Shown here: one piece after another, positions 16,075 through 23,988 of the stretch
Numbering within the stretch: position 1 is the stretch's first letter
Layout of the letters: each line of letters opens with the position of its first letter
From: a virus
Virus record (IMG/VR): IMGVR_UViG_3300021139_000017
Length of the DNA: 56,462 bases
Strand: one strand, 5' to 3'
Program-made: the position numbers and the translations under genes
The notes under the pieces: model-generated
Database searches by the model: none
What the model saw: the letters and a program-made list of their open reading frames with translations, nothing else
What the model was told of the DNA's origin: nothing

Positions 16075-16941
16075 TTAACGCGGCTGGTAACGGATATTCG
16101 ACCAAAGCCCGAGAGCATATTCGACCGTTCGCTCAATCATGAAGTTGGCCATGCAAGGTTCGCGGCCAATGGTTTTTTTCCAGCCCCATTGGTAGTAGGG
16201 AGCTTCGCTCGTTGGGGCATATTGAAAAGGCTGTGCCGAAATTTCCGAATATAGCCTTGGAGGCAAATTGTAAGTCCATCCGCTTCCGACTTCGGTTAGC
16301 AACTGCGCTGGCGTGTAAATGCAATTTTCATAAGCAATACCGGAATTGTAAGTGGCCCCAGGACTGCAATAACTCGTGTGCCGCAAAACTTTTGACGGCC
16401 GCTCAAATTCAACCTGTCCTTTTAAAATTTCCAAAACCAATTGGAGCGATCGACCGTCTGTCGGAATCGCGTGCGGAGCATTTGCAGGAATGTTTGCGTC
16501 AGCATATGCAACCGCCCCCGAAAGACTGCCGCCTTGAGTGGCTAAAACGCTCAACACATCCTTGTCATTGGTTGTCATCCAGCCGGTAGATCCCACAATG
16601 AGTGGGTTATTAAAAATTGTGTCCGTGGTTTCATTCGACAAAAGCTCCCAAGAATCAAAGTAAAGCTCGGTTAAAATGGATCCAAGGCTATTAACCAACC
16701 CTGGCACAGATACCTCGAGACTTTTTACCTCTGCGCTGGTTACACCGTCAATGCCCACATCACAGCCGAGAAACGATCCTGATGCGCCAAACTGAATGAT
16801 GTAATTGTAATAATTAACGAGCGGATCCAGCGTCAGGCATGACACGGTAAAATGCGTCGTTGTTCCCTTTGGTCCGTAATCAATTTTTAACGGCCCAAAA
16901 GTAAGCCCTGCGTATCCAATACCTTGTTTTTGTCCTGCCAT
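16075..16941 (-). CDS. distal-tail (Dit-position) protein, 288 aa
   Basis: Sits immediately downstream of the tape-measure gene (3-nt gap). The call rests on position and size only. Confidence 0.45.
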   Translation of the reverse strand: MAGQKQGIGYAGLTFGPLKIDYGPKGTTTHFTVSCLTLDPLVNYYNYIIQFGASGSFLGCDVGIDGVTSAEVKSLEVSVPGLVNSLGSILTELYFDSWELLSNETTDTIFNNPLIVGSTGWMTTNDKDVLSVLATQGGSLSGAVAYADANIPANAPHAIPTDGRSLQLVLEILKGQVEFERPSKVLRHTSYCSPGATYNSGIAYENCIYTPAQLLTEVGSGWTYNLPPRLYSEISAQPFQYAPTSEAPYYQWGWKKTIGREPCMANFMIERTVEYALGLWSNIRYQPR

Positions 16942-16944
16942 AAA

Positions 16945-18636
16945 TTAAGGTCGGTTATCGCGTGTGTTGTGAACTGGGAATTGTTGTGGCCGCGTTCCAA
17001 GCTGCGGTTTGCGTTCCCCTGGTGGATGATTTGATGGCGGATGCACTGGCGTTATTTTATGGTCAATGGACCGAAGCGTGGCCAGTTGCTGCAATTCAAT
17101 TGGCGCGGTAGCTGCATATGCCCCAATGCGCTGATTGCTGTTTAGGGAATAACTGCGATTTTCACCTTTATCACCTTTTTTTTCTGCCAAATCACGCGCC
17201 TTTTCTTCTGCAAGTTTTGCCGCAGACTCTTCAGCCGAATCGGTGTTTTTAGCTGCATTCGATTTTACGATGTTTGGAATCTCCAATCCGATTTGAGCAG
17301 CATCACCGGCTGCTTTAGCAGCATCTTTATTTAACTGCTCTTTGGTTTTACGGGTTTGATCATTGATTTCAACCTTATCAGCATAGGCGTTACGCTGGGC
17401 TATCATCTTTTGAGCAAGGTCTTGCCCCCCTTCTTCCGTTTGGCTGATCAGTTGCTGGCTAGCGCCGCCCAAATCCATGGCAGCTTGTTTCTTAAATTCC
17501 TCCCAAACACCGCCTCCCTTCAAAAACTTTTCAGCGGCTTCGGCATTCTGATTCAATTGGCCAAGATTTTTCTGATCCTCTTCCTTGGTATTAACCTTGA
17601 TACTGTTCGCCTGCTTCAATTTATTTTGAGACTCAATTTCCAAATTGGTCTTTTCGGTTAGTTTGTTTGCGAGTTCAGATTTTTGCTGGTCTTTTTCAAG
17701 CTGCAACTCTTGGCCGGCGTATTTTGCATTGATGGCTTCTTTTTCCTCCGGAGTTTTAGCCGCAACGAGTTCGGTGGCTTTTTTAATTTCCAGCATTTTT
17801 TTCAAATGGTCGTAATGCTCCTTGATTGTGTCCAATTCTCGTTTCGCCGCCGCTGCTGCCGAATTGTAAGCGGCAGTTGTCTTTTGAACCTCATCAGTGA
17901 TTTCCTTTTGAGCATTGCGCGCGTCATTGAGATGGCGCTTTAGAAGCGGGATGTAATCATCTTTTAGATCGGACGACCCGCTGAATGTCAGCGAATCAAG
18001 CAAGCTTTTAACACCCCACACACGCTCATAAAATACACCCGCCGCCAATGCAATTACTCCAAAGATTGCCGTGACGCCAAGCATGGATAGCCCTGCGCCC
18101 CTCGTTGACGCCGCCAATGCTTCCTGAGCAACGGCGTCCGCTTCTGCGGCGGATGCTTTACGACCCAAGGCTGCTGCGGTAGCATTTGCTGCCATTGCTT
18201 CCGCAGCATCGGCATCGGCTGCAACCAGCGTAGATTCGATTTCAAAGCCTTCAGCTTCGGCTTCGGCCGCTGTCGCTTCTGCCTTGCGCATGGCTGCCGT
18301 CGCCGCCATGTTCGCATTTAAAGCCGCTTCCGCGTAGCCATCCGCCAGCATTCGCGCTGCTGACGCTCCTTGCTGTGCTGCTCGAGATGCGCTGCTTATG
18401 TATTGAATCAAGAGTGACAACGAACCAAGGATTCGCCCAACGCCGCGCCCCATCATAATCTCGCGTCCGATAACGGTTGTTTCTCGAATCATTCCTGTCA
18501 TGCCAACCGTATGCCCACTGGCAGCGCTGGCAGACATTCGGCGCGCAGCGATCGTGGTCATGGTCTGCATCCGCGCAAGTTCCGCTTGAAACTGCGTCGA
18601 GTTTGCCCCAAAAATTACTGTGACAGCGCTGGCCAT
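16945..18636 (-). CDS. tape measure protein (563 aa)
   Basis: An Ala-rich helical N-terminal third, hydrophobic segments (GLSMLGVTAIFGVIALAAGVF), then a long K/E/Q/A coiled-coil. Lies downstream of the tube and chaperone-position genes. At about 0.15 nm per residue this predicts a tail of about 85 nm. Confidence 0.7.
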   Translation of the reverse strand: MASAVTVIFGANSTQFQAELARMQTMTTIAARRMSASAASGHTVGMTGMIRETTVIGREIMMGRGVGRILGSLSLLIQYISSASRAAQQGASAARMLADGYAEAALNANMAATAAMRKAEATAAEAEAEGFEIESTLVAADADAAEAMAANATAAALGRKASAAEADAVAQEALAASTRGAGLSMLGVTAIFGVIALAAGVFYERVWGVKSLLDSLTFSGSSDLKDDYIPLLKRHLNDARNAQKEITDEVQKTTAAYNSAAAAAKRELDTIKEHYDHLKKMLEIKKATELVAAKTPEEKEAINAKYAGQELQLEKDQQKSELANKLTEKTNLEIESQNKLKQANSIKVNTKEEDQKNLGQLNQNAEAAEKFLKGGGVWEEFKKQAAMDLGGASQQLISQTEEGGQDLAQKMIAQRNAYADKVEINDQTRKTKEQLNKDAAKAAGDAAQIGLEIPNIVKSNAAKNTDSAEESAAKLAEEKARDLAEKKGDKGENRSYSLNSNQRIGAYAATAPIELQQLATLRSIDHKITPVHPPSNHPPGERKPQLGTRPQQFPVHNTRDNRP

Positions 18637-18637
18637 G

Positions 18638-19309
18638 TTATTTTATTCCTTTATTTGCGTTGGCTGCGGCTTCGGCAAAGGCTTTTTCAGCCTCTTCTCC
18701 GACTAAAATTTTTTCATTCAAGCCCGGCGCAGGTGTCCCAGGCTTACGCGGAGCCTCGCGGTCTATTTCCTGCTGATTTTTTACCCAAATTGACCCGGTA
18801 GCTTCCAAATGTGTTGAGTAAAGAATTTGAGCCAACCCAAGCGGAAAGTTCAGAGGGGATCCTCCAAAATGGGACTGAATCAATAGTGAGTGATTCGAGG
18901 CAACATAATTTATCAGACTTGCAAGCCCAGGTGCTCCGAAATATCGAAATGGAACGCCTTGCTGTCTTGGCATCTTGGTTTGCGGCAAATCCTGACTACC
19001 GGCAGAGCGATAAGCTCGAAAACTTTCAATACCCTTGTCCAGTTCTGCCGCTTTTGCTTGAGATGCCGCCAACGTGAAGCGAAATTTTGCCAAGAATTTA
19101 CCTTTGCCGCAAATTTCCATCGCCATTATCAATGAGAGCCGCTTGGCATCTTCTGAAAGCTCTTCGAAAGATATTTTGCCGTAAGTTGCCAAGGGGTTGC
19201 CTTCACGAATCAATGCCATTTCGTGACCAATGGCGTAATTTTCAAGCGCCAGCCCGAACACTTTTACGGATGGCGGCTGAAATGCATTACTAAACAATTC
19301 TTCGTGCAT
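18638..19309 (-). CDS. tail assembly chaperone-position protein (223 aa)
   Basis: Its stop is 1 nt from the tape-measure start. The call is by position only, and no frameshift partner ORF was seen. Confidence 0.4.
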   Translation of the reverse strand: MHEELFSNAFQPPSVKVFGLALENYAIGHEMALIREGNPLATYGKISFEELSEDAKRLSLIMAMEICGKGKFLAKFRFTLAASQAKAAELDKGIESFRAYRSAGSQDLPQTKMPRQQGVPFRYFGAPGLASLINYVASNHSLLIQSHFGGSPLNFPLGLAQILYSTHLEATGSIWVKNQQEIDREAPRKPGTPAPGLNEKILVGEEAEKAFAEAAANANKGIK

Positions 19310-19312
19310 ATT

Positions 19313-19350
19313 GTAATAAAAAAGACGGCTTCGGATTTCTCCGGAGCCGC
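19313..19350 (-). terminator. rho-independent terminator after the tube-candidate gene
   Basis: The minus-strand transcript reads CGGCGGCUCCGGA-GAAA-UCCGAAGCCGUC followed by UUUUUUAUU. This is a GC-rich stem of about 12 bp (with G-U pairs/mismatch) plus a U-run. Confidence 0.6.
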
Positions 19351-19373
19351 CGTATTAAATTGTTCGACCGAAA

Positions 19374-19841
19374 TTATCCGACAATCGGAGCGCCAGTCAG
19401 TGCAGTGTTCTGCGCCGCGTTGGTGTAGCGTTCCATGTTGAAATCAATGCTCGCGTTGTCATCCATCTTCAGATTGATCTTGGTTCCACTCTTGACGCGC
19501 CAGGTTCCGTTAAAAGCCGCAACCTTGTAATTCGCAATAACCACTGAGAAAAGCGTGATTGCTTCTCCGCACACTGTTGCCGCCCCAGCGCGAGTCGCCG
19601 CCGATGGAAAGATTTTCAACGCTCTTTCGTAGCGGAAATTTGTCTGTGTAAAGTTCTGATTGTTGCCGGTCGTGTCTTTATTGGCTTTTTCATCCCACGT
19701 CAGCGTCAATTCATCAGAATCAAACTCAAACGAATCCAAACCGGCAATGGTAACAGCCGCACCGTTGTTGGTGATGCCATACAGGTAAGCAACTGCGCCG
19801 ATCTGCTGCTCGGCAATATTAAGAGGTGATGGTCCTGGCAT
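19374..19841 (-). CDS. major tail tube protein candidate (155 aa)
   Basis: The size, the position upstream of the chaperone-position/tape-measure genes, and a strong terminator directly downstream suggest an abundant structural protein. Confidence 0.45.
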   Translation of the reverse strand: MPGPSPLNIAEQQIGAVAYLYGITNNGAAVTIAGLDSFEFDSDELTLTWDEKANKDTTGNNQNFTQTNFRYERALKIFPSAATRAGAATVCGEAITLFSVVIANYKVAAFNGTWRVKSGTKINLKMDDNASIDFNMERYTNAAQNTALTGAPIVG

Positions 19842-19844
19842 AAA

Positions 19845-20018
19845 TTAGGTGGTTTCGGGTTTTTGTTCCGGTTTGGGATAGTGAACACCGCCGTAAATTT
19901 TACCAAGATGCGGATAGTTCTTTGGATCATGCAAAAACTCACACCTTTCGGCGTGCGTTTTGATTTGCTGAAACTTTTTTATCAGATCCGGAAGCGGGTC
20001 TTGTGATTCTACGGACAT
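19845..20018 (-). CDS. hypothetical 57-aa protein (below the ORF-track cutoff)
   Basis: Hand translation gives MSVESQDPLPDLIKKFQQIKTHAERCEFLHDPKNYPHLGKIYGGVHYPKPEQKPETT. It exactly fills the gap between neighbouring genes, with its stop 3 nt from the next ATG. Confidence 0.4.
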   Translation of the reverse strand: MSVESQDPLPDLIKKFQQIKTHAERCEFLHDPKNYPHLGKIYGGVHYPKPEQKPETT

Positions 20019-20029
20019 AAAATAATAAA

Positions 20030-20461
20030 TTAGGGGACGTAAACTGAATTTGTGGTAGCCGCTGGCGAAATACCGATACCTAGAACAACCGGGCAGGATA
20101 CAGTTTGACCTGTTCCGTTAAAAGTCGTTGACCATGACCCGCCGTTTGTGCCGGCCGCGAACGAGTTACTAAAAGAACCAACGATGAAATAACCAGGATA
20201 GCCCGGCGCCGGCGTCAATCCGTTGGTAGGATTTACCGCATACCAACCTTGAACAACCTCGTTGGTGTTGGCAATATTGCCAATGGTGATGGTTTTATAC
20301 GCCCCGGCTTGAAAAACAAAATTTGTTTGAAAAACACCAGGCGAAGTCAGCACTTGTGCCCAATTCGTCCCGGTCAGATTCGTAACGCTGCCATAAGTCT
20401 GTGCGTTAGCGGAAAACGCCATTAAAATTGCGAGTCCAACGAGTAAAATTAGTTTTTTCAT
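20030..20461 (-). CDS. secreted N/T/G-rich protein (143 aa)
   Basis: MKKLILLVGLAILMAFSANAQ is a signal peptide. The mature part looks beta-rich, like the fibre-like proteins. Confidence 0.55.
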   Translation of the reverse strand: MKKLILLVGLAILMAFSANAQTYGSVTNLTGTNWAQVLTSPGVFQTNFVFQAGAYKTITIGNIANTNEVVQGWYAVNPTNGLTPAPGYPGYFIVGSFSNSFAAGTNGGSWSTTFNGTGQTVSCPVVLGIGISPAATTNSVYVP

Positions 20462-20493
20462 AAATGCTGTCCCGTTCGTAAATCAAAATAAAG

Positions 20494-20823
20494 TCAACCA
20501 AGTTGGATTGGCTTAATGTGTGCCTGAATGGAAATGTCTCCATTGGCATGGTCCACCACATGAAGGTCAATTTCTGCCGCATTACTTTTCAAATTGTTAA
20601 GCTCGGCATGGATAACCGCCTTATAGTGGTCCGGAATTTCAGCAATCCCTGTCACCAAATCTTTTAAATTTGAAACCATGTGCTTTTTTCCGTTGATGGC
20701 GAAACGTAGCGGGTGCTTAATTGGAGCGAACTGAGGAATATGCGCTTCAAAAGTAGGCTGCGGCTTTGTGGTTGTGGCCGGCACAGAAGCAGGAACGGAT
20801 GATGTGGCAATGGATTCAGTCAT
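20494..20823 (-). CDS. neck/tail-module hypothetical protein (109 aa)
   Basis: ATG-started ORF in the co-directional structural operon. No motif recognised. Confidence 0.45.
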   Translation of the reverse strand: MTESIATSSVPASVPATTTKPQPTFEAHIPQFAPIKHPLRFAINGKKHMVSNLKDLVTGIAEIPDHYKAVIHAELNNLKSNAAEIDLHVVDHANGDISIQAHIKPIQLG

Positions 20824-20828
20824 AAAAA

Positions 20829-21416
20829 TCAGTTTGGAAGTGCAGCATTCGAATAGCTGACGAAAGCTGATAAATGGATGATCTCAACCCAATTAGTCGT
20901 TCCTGCGTCATTTCCGCGCGTGATGAGGGGTGTTGAGAATTTTACCCAGTCGCAACGAAAATTCACCATGTCAGCATTATCCTGGGCAATCTGGTTCCCA
21001 ATCGGCGTGTTATCCGTGGCTGCAAGCCATCGACCGCATTTCGTGATCGCATCAGCCAAAGCCTTCATATCGGTGGCTTCTGACTGGCCACCGAGATTCA
21101 AGGTGTCAAATGTATCACCCAAATAGGTATCCAGATTTACACCCGGAAGCGCAACGTCCGTGTTGGGTTGTGCTACTCCATCAAAATGGTGCTGAATCTG
21201 CATCTGACAAACGCCCTCCGGACGATATGGCCGGGTTGGGCTGAAGCTGGTCACAACAAATGAACGATTGGGAAGCGGCCTGATTCTTGATTCATTCGAG
21301 ATAAAGGAATCATTAGGTGTCCCCTTTCCTTGTAAAATCAATAACGCACGCATTGCGCGTTCTAATTTCGTAGCGGGACTGATGAAAAATGCCATTCTGC
21401 AATGGCTTGAAGTCAA
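20829..21416 (-). CDS. neck-module hypothetical protein
   Basis: The track start at 21416 is TTG. The first ATG is at 21395 (MAFFISP...). No motif recognised. Confidence 0.45.
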   Translation of the reverse strand: MTSSHCRMAFFISPATKLERAMRALLILQGKGTPNDSFISNESRIRPLPNRSFVVTSFSPTRPYRPEGVCQMQIQHHFDGVAQPNTDVALPGVNLDTYLGDTFDTLNLGGQSEATDMKALADAITKCGRWLAATDNTPIGNQIAQDNADMVNFRCDWVKFSTPLITRGNDAGTTNWVEIIHLSAFVSYSNAALPN

Positions 21417-21423
21417 ATTTGCT

Positions 21424-22281
21424 TTAAGGCGAAACTTGCAGCCCGAGCAGCTTTAATTCCGGCTCATCGTTCACCCATTCTTGTTTCGCCGCAAGCGCCA
21501 TTTTCTTATTAAACTCTCGATTAATCGCTAACTGGATCCGTGGCTCCGCAATATCATGGTTTGCCTGGTTGTATTTCTCCGAAAGCTCCTTCGTGGTTTT
21601 TTTCCCAACGCCAAGATTATTCGAAACGCGGCAGACCGCCAGCGCGTATCCTTCTTTTGCCGGATCGACTTCTGAATAGTCAGTTGAAATTAAAGCGGAG
21701 GACTGACTTTTACCGAGCGCAAAAGGCAAAATTGACACTTTCAAATCAATCCACGACTTTTTTAAGAACCCTGTGGAAGAATGCCGGGCGCGAATCATGC
21801 GTTCTGCGACTTGCTTAACCCAGCCCCAAAACATCGCGGCTGAATCTGTCACCGAGCCTCCAAATTTACGGCTAGTGCTGCGGCCTCGTCCGAAATCAGG
21901 TGGAGTGATTCCCCATCTATTGCCCGTCTCGATGCTGAATCTTGATGTCGGGTGCATCCGCGCCAAAACAATTCGCATGGCAGTATTCACTGCCGACACG
22001 TCTTCTGCATCTGGCGTTCGGTTATCAAACGTGATGGTTTCATGCTGACGATTTTTAGCCGTGGAAAGCTTCCCTGATGAAAGCACGGCCGGCGACGTTA
22101 TGACGTTCATGTCCGTATCAATTGTGCTCTGATCAACAACCGGAAAACCGTCCGCAACATCTTTTATTACATGGTAAGCCGTTGAATTAATACACCTGGC
22201 CGGTGCTCGCTTTGTATGCCGCAAAAGGATTTTCTGAGCAGCATTCAGCTTCGTCGCATCAACGGTGCATGTCAGATTCAT
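21424..22281 (-). CDS. first gene of the neck/tail operon, hypothetical (285 aa)
   Basis: ATG at 22281, directly downstream of the repeat-rich divergent control region. No motif recognised. Confidence 0.5.
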   Translation of the reverse strand: MNLTCTVDATKLNAAQKILLRHTKRAPARCINSTAYHVIKDVADGFPVVDQSTIDTDMNVITSPAVLSSGKLSTAKNRQHETITFDNRTPDAEDVSAVNTAMRIVLARMHPTSRFSIETGNRWGITPPDFGRGRSTSRKFGGSVTDSAAMFWGWVKQVAERMIRARHSSTGFLKKSWIDLKVSILPFALGKSQSSALISTDYSEVDPAKEGYALAVCRVSNNLGVGKKTTKELSEKYNQANHDIAEPRIQLAINREFNKKMALAAKQEWVNDEPELKLLGLQVSP

Positions 22282-22442
22282 TCAAAACACGTCCTCAGTC
22301 AAAACCTGCCTGATCACCCCATAACCCCATAACCCGCTATCGGGCAATTAGTCGGTAGAATTGTGCCTAAAAACAATACACATGAGAGATTGTCGAAGTT
22401 CCGTAACTAGGCCCATGCGATTATCCCTCCATAAGAATCCTT

Positions 22443-22513
22443 ACGGTAACGCTAATCGAACGGTAACGGTAACTGCCACTTTATCGTCATCTGCGCGGTA
22501 ACGGTAACTGCCA
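22443..22513. repeat. iteron-like GGTAAC repeats, including an 18-bp exact direct repeat
   Basis: CGGTAACGGTAACTGCCA occurs at 22461-22478 and again at 22496-22513. ACGGTAAC also occurs at 22443-22450. That gives five GGTAAC hexamers in 71 bp. Confidence 0.8.
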
Positions 22514-22620
22514 GCTTTACGTTTTCGGCGTATGTGGCTTAAACTTCGTGATGGCGCAATGTTTCCAATGCCCACCGCGCGATATAAGGCGCTCCGATAT
22601 AAAGCCGGATGTTCTGTCTC

Positions 22621-22649
22621 TTGCCTAGCGCAAGCGCTTGGTTTAAGTT
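22621..22649 (+). promoter_or_regulatory. sigma70-like promoter candidate abutting a start codon
   Basis: TTGCCT - 17 nt - TAAGTT, with the ATG at 22655 only 5 nt after the -10 box. The architecture matches the promoter candidates at 54047-54074 and 55372-55400. Confidence 0.4.
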
Positions 22650-22654
22650 GTGGC

Positions 22655-22831
22655 ATGTCATCTTTAAAACAAAAAAATGCGGCCGCTGTGGCGCTCGGTA
22701 GGTTAGGCGGATCGGCTGGCACTGGTAACGCCAAAGCCAGGACGCCAGAGCAAGCGCGCAAAGCTGGAAAAATTGGTGCGTCTGTGCGATGGGCTAACCA
22801 TGTCAAAAAGACAGAGCCAGCGAAAAAATAA
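22655..22831 (+). CDS. small basic protein (58 aa), a family common in phages/plasmids
   Basis: MSSLKQKNAAAVALGRLGGSAGTGNAKARTPEQARKAGKIGASVRWA resembles the recurrent (A)ALGR.GGKA...K.R..E.ARKAA..RW small-protein pattern. The longer track ORF starts upstream of the promoter candidate. Confidence 0.4.
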   Translation: MSSLKQKNAAAVALGRLGGSAGTGNAKARTPEQARKAGKIGASVRWANHVKKTEPAKK

Positions 22832-22980
22832 ACCAGCGTTTTTCAAATTCTGCTAGAATCACCTTGTTTTCATTGGCGAAAATAATTTTATTTTTTTGTT
22901 GTATGGCGCAAGCGGTTGCGTTATATTCTTACCAGTTCAAACGAACTAACCGAAACAGCCCGGCAAAATTGGCTGAAAAA

Positions 22981-23877
22981 ATGAAAGACCGAAATATGTA
23001 TTCCTTCACACACACAATGAACAGCCGCATTAACCGTTTTGGCGCATCCGCGCGTGCGCTTCGTTCCAACTCGCCTTTGACCGATGAACAAATCCGCAAC
23101 GTGGCGCCATCCGTTTTCGCGGACGCGGCGCACAGTTCGCGCTCGGCTCGTTATTCTACCATCCCCACCAGCGAAGTTTTGACCAGCTTGCGCCGTGAAG
23201 GGTTTCAACCCTTTGCCGTGACGCAAGGCGGATCGCGCGATGAAGAAAAGCGCGGTTTTACCAAGCACATGCTCCGCTTGCGCCACGAATCGAACATGGC
23301 CGCGCAAGTGGGCGACTCGTTTCAAGAAATTGTTTTGGTCAATTCGCATGATGGCACGTCGAGTTATCAACTCATGGCCGGCATGTTCCGGCTTGTTTGC
23401 TCAAATGGTATGGTGGCGGGCACGGGCAATGGCTTTGATGAAGTCCGCATCAAACATCAGGGCAATGTTATTCCAGCCGTGATTGATGGCTGCATTGAGA
23501 TTTTAGGACGCTTGCCGGCGGTATCGGGTGAAGTGGAAAATTTCAACCGGCTTCAGCTTACCCAGGGTGAGCAAAACGCTTTTGCGGCTGCCGCGCTGGC
23601 TGTGCGTTACGATGAACAGACCGCGCCATTTGAAGCGGCGAAACTTTTAACCGTGCATCGTCGGGATGATGCCGCGCCCACCCTTTGGAACACCTTAAAC
23701 ACCGTGCAAGAAAATGTGATTCGCGGCGGGGTGGGTTACGTTTTGCGGGATGAACAGGGCCGGCGAAAACAATATCGCCGCACGCGCGAAGTCGCTGGAA
23801 TTGACCAAAACGTGAAACTGAATCGCGGCTTGTGGGTTCTGGCGCAAGAAATGGCCAAACTGAAGGGAGCGAACTAA
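22981..23877 (+). CDS. DUF932 (DUF945-like) family protein
   Basis: NSRINRFG...PLTDEQIRNVAPSVFADAAHSSRSARYSTIPTSEVLTSLRREGFQPFAVTQ...FTKHMLRLRH...LVNSHDGTSSYQLMAGMFRLVCSNGMV is a close match to the family pattern seen on ICEs, prophages and plasmids. The start is uncertain: ATGs lie at 22981, 22996 and 23017, and the track start is TTG. Confidence 0.75.
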   Translation: MKDRNMYSFTHTMNSRINRFGASARALRSNSPLTDEQIRNVAPSVFADAAHSSRSARYSTIPTSEVLTSLRREGFQPFAVTQGGSRDEEKRGFTKHMLRLRHESNMAAQVGDSFQEIVLVNSHDGTSSYQLMAGMFRLVCSNGMVAGTGNGFDEVRIKHQGNVIPAVIDGCIEILGRLPAVSGEVENFNRLQLTQGEQNAFAAAALAVRYDEQTAPFEAAKLLTVHRRDDAAPTLWNTLNTVQENVIRGGVGYVLRDEQGRRKQYRRTREVAGIDQNVKLNRGLWVLAQEMAKLKGAN

Positions 23878-23988
23878 ACCGCGCAGTTATTCGCGGTCTT
23901 GGCTTGTCATGCCAGCGAGCCAAGCACGCGGAAAACACCGCAACCCAAACGGCGGGGAAATTACGCCGAATTTAAACAAACTGAAAAC

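Noticed and set aside
18638-19309. Programmed -1 frameshift expected in the tail assembly chaperone upstream of the tape measure
   Set aside because: No second overlapping ORF of useful length exists in the other frames between the tube and tape-measure genes, and I could not identify a convincing slippery heptamer by eye.
22282-22440. tRNA or other structured RNA gene in the long intergenic region
   Set aside because: No tRNA hallmarks (a GTTCGAATC-like T-arm or an acceptor stem pairing) could be found by eye here or in other gaps.
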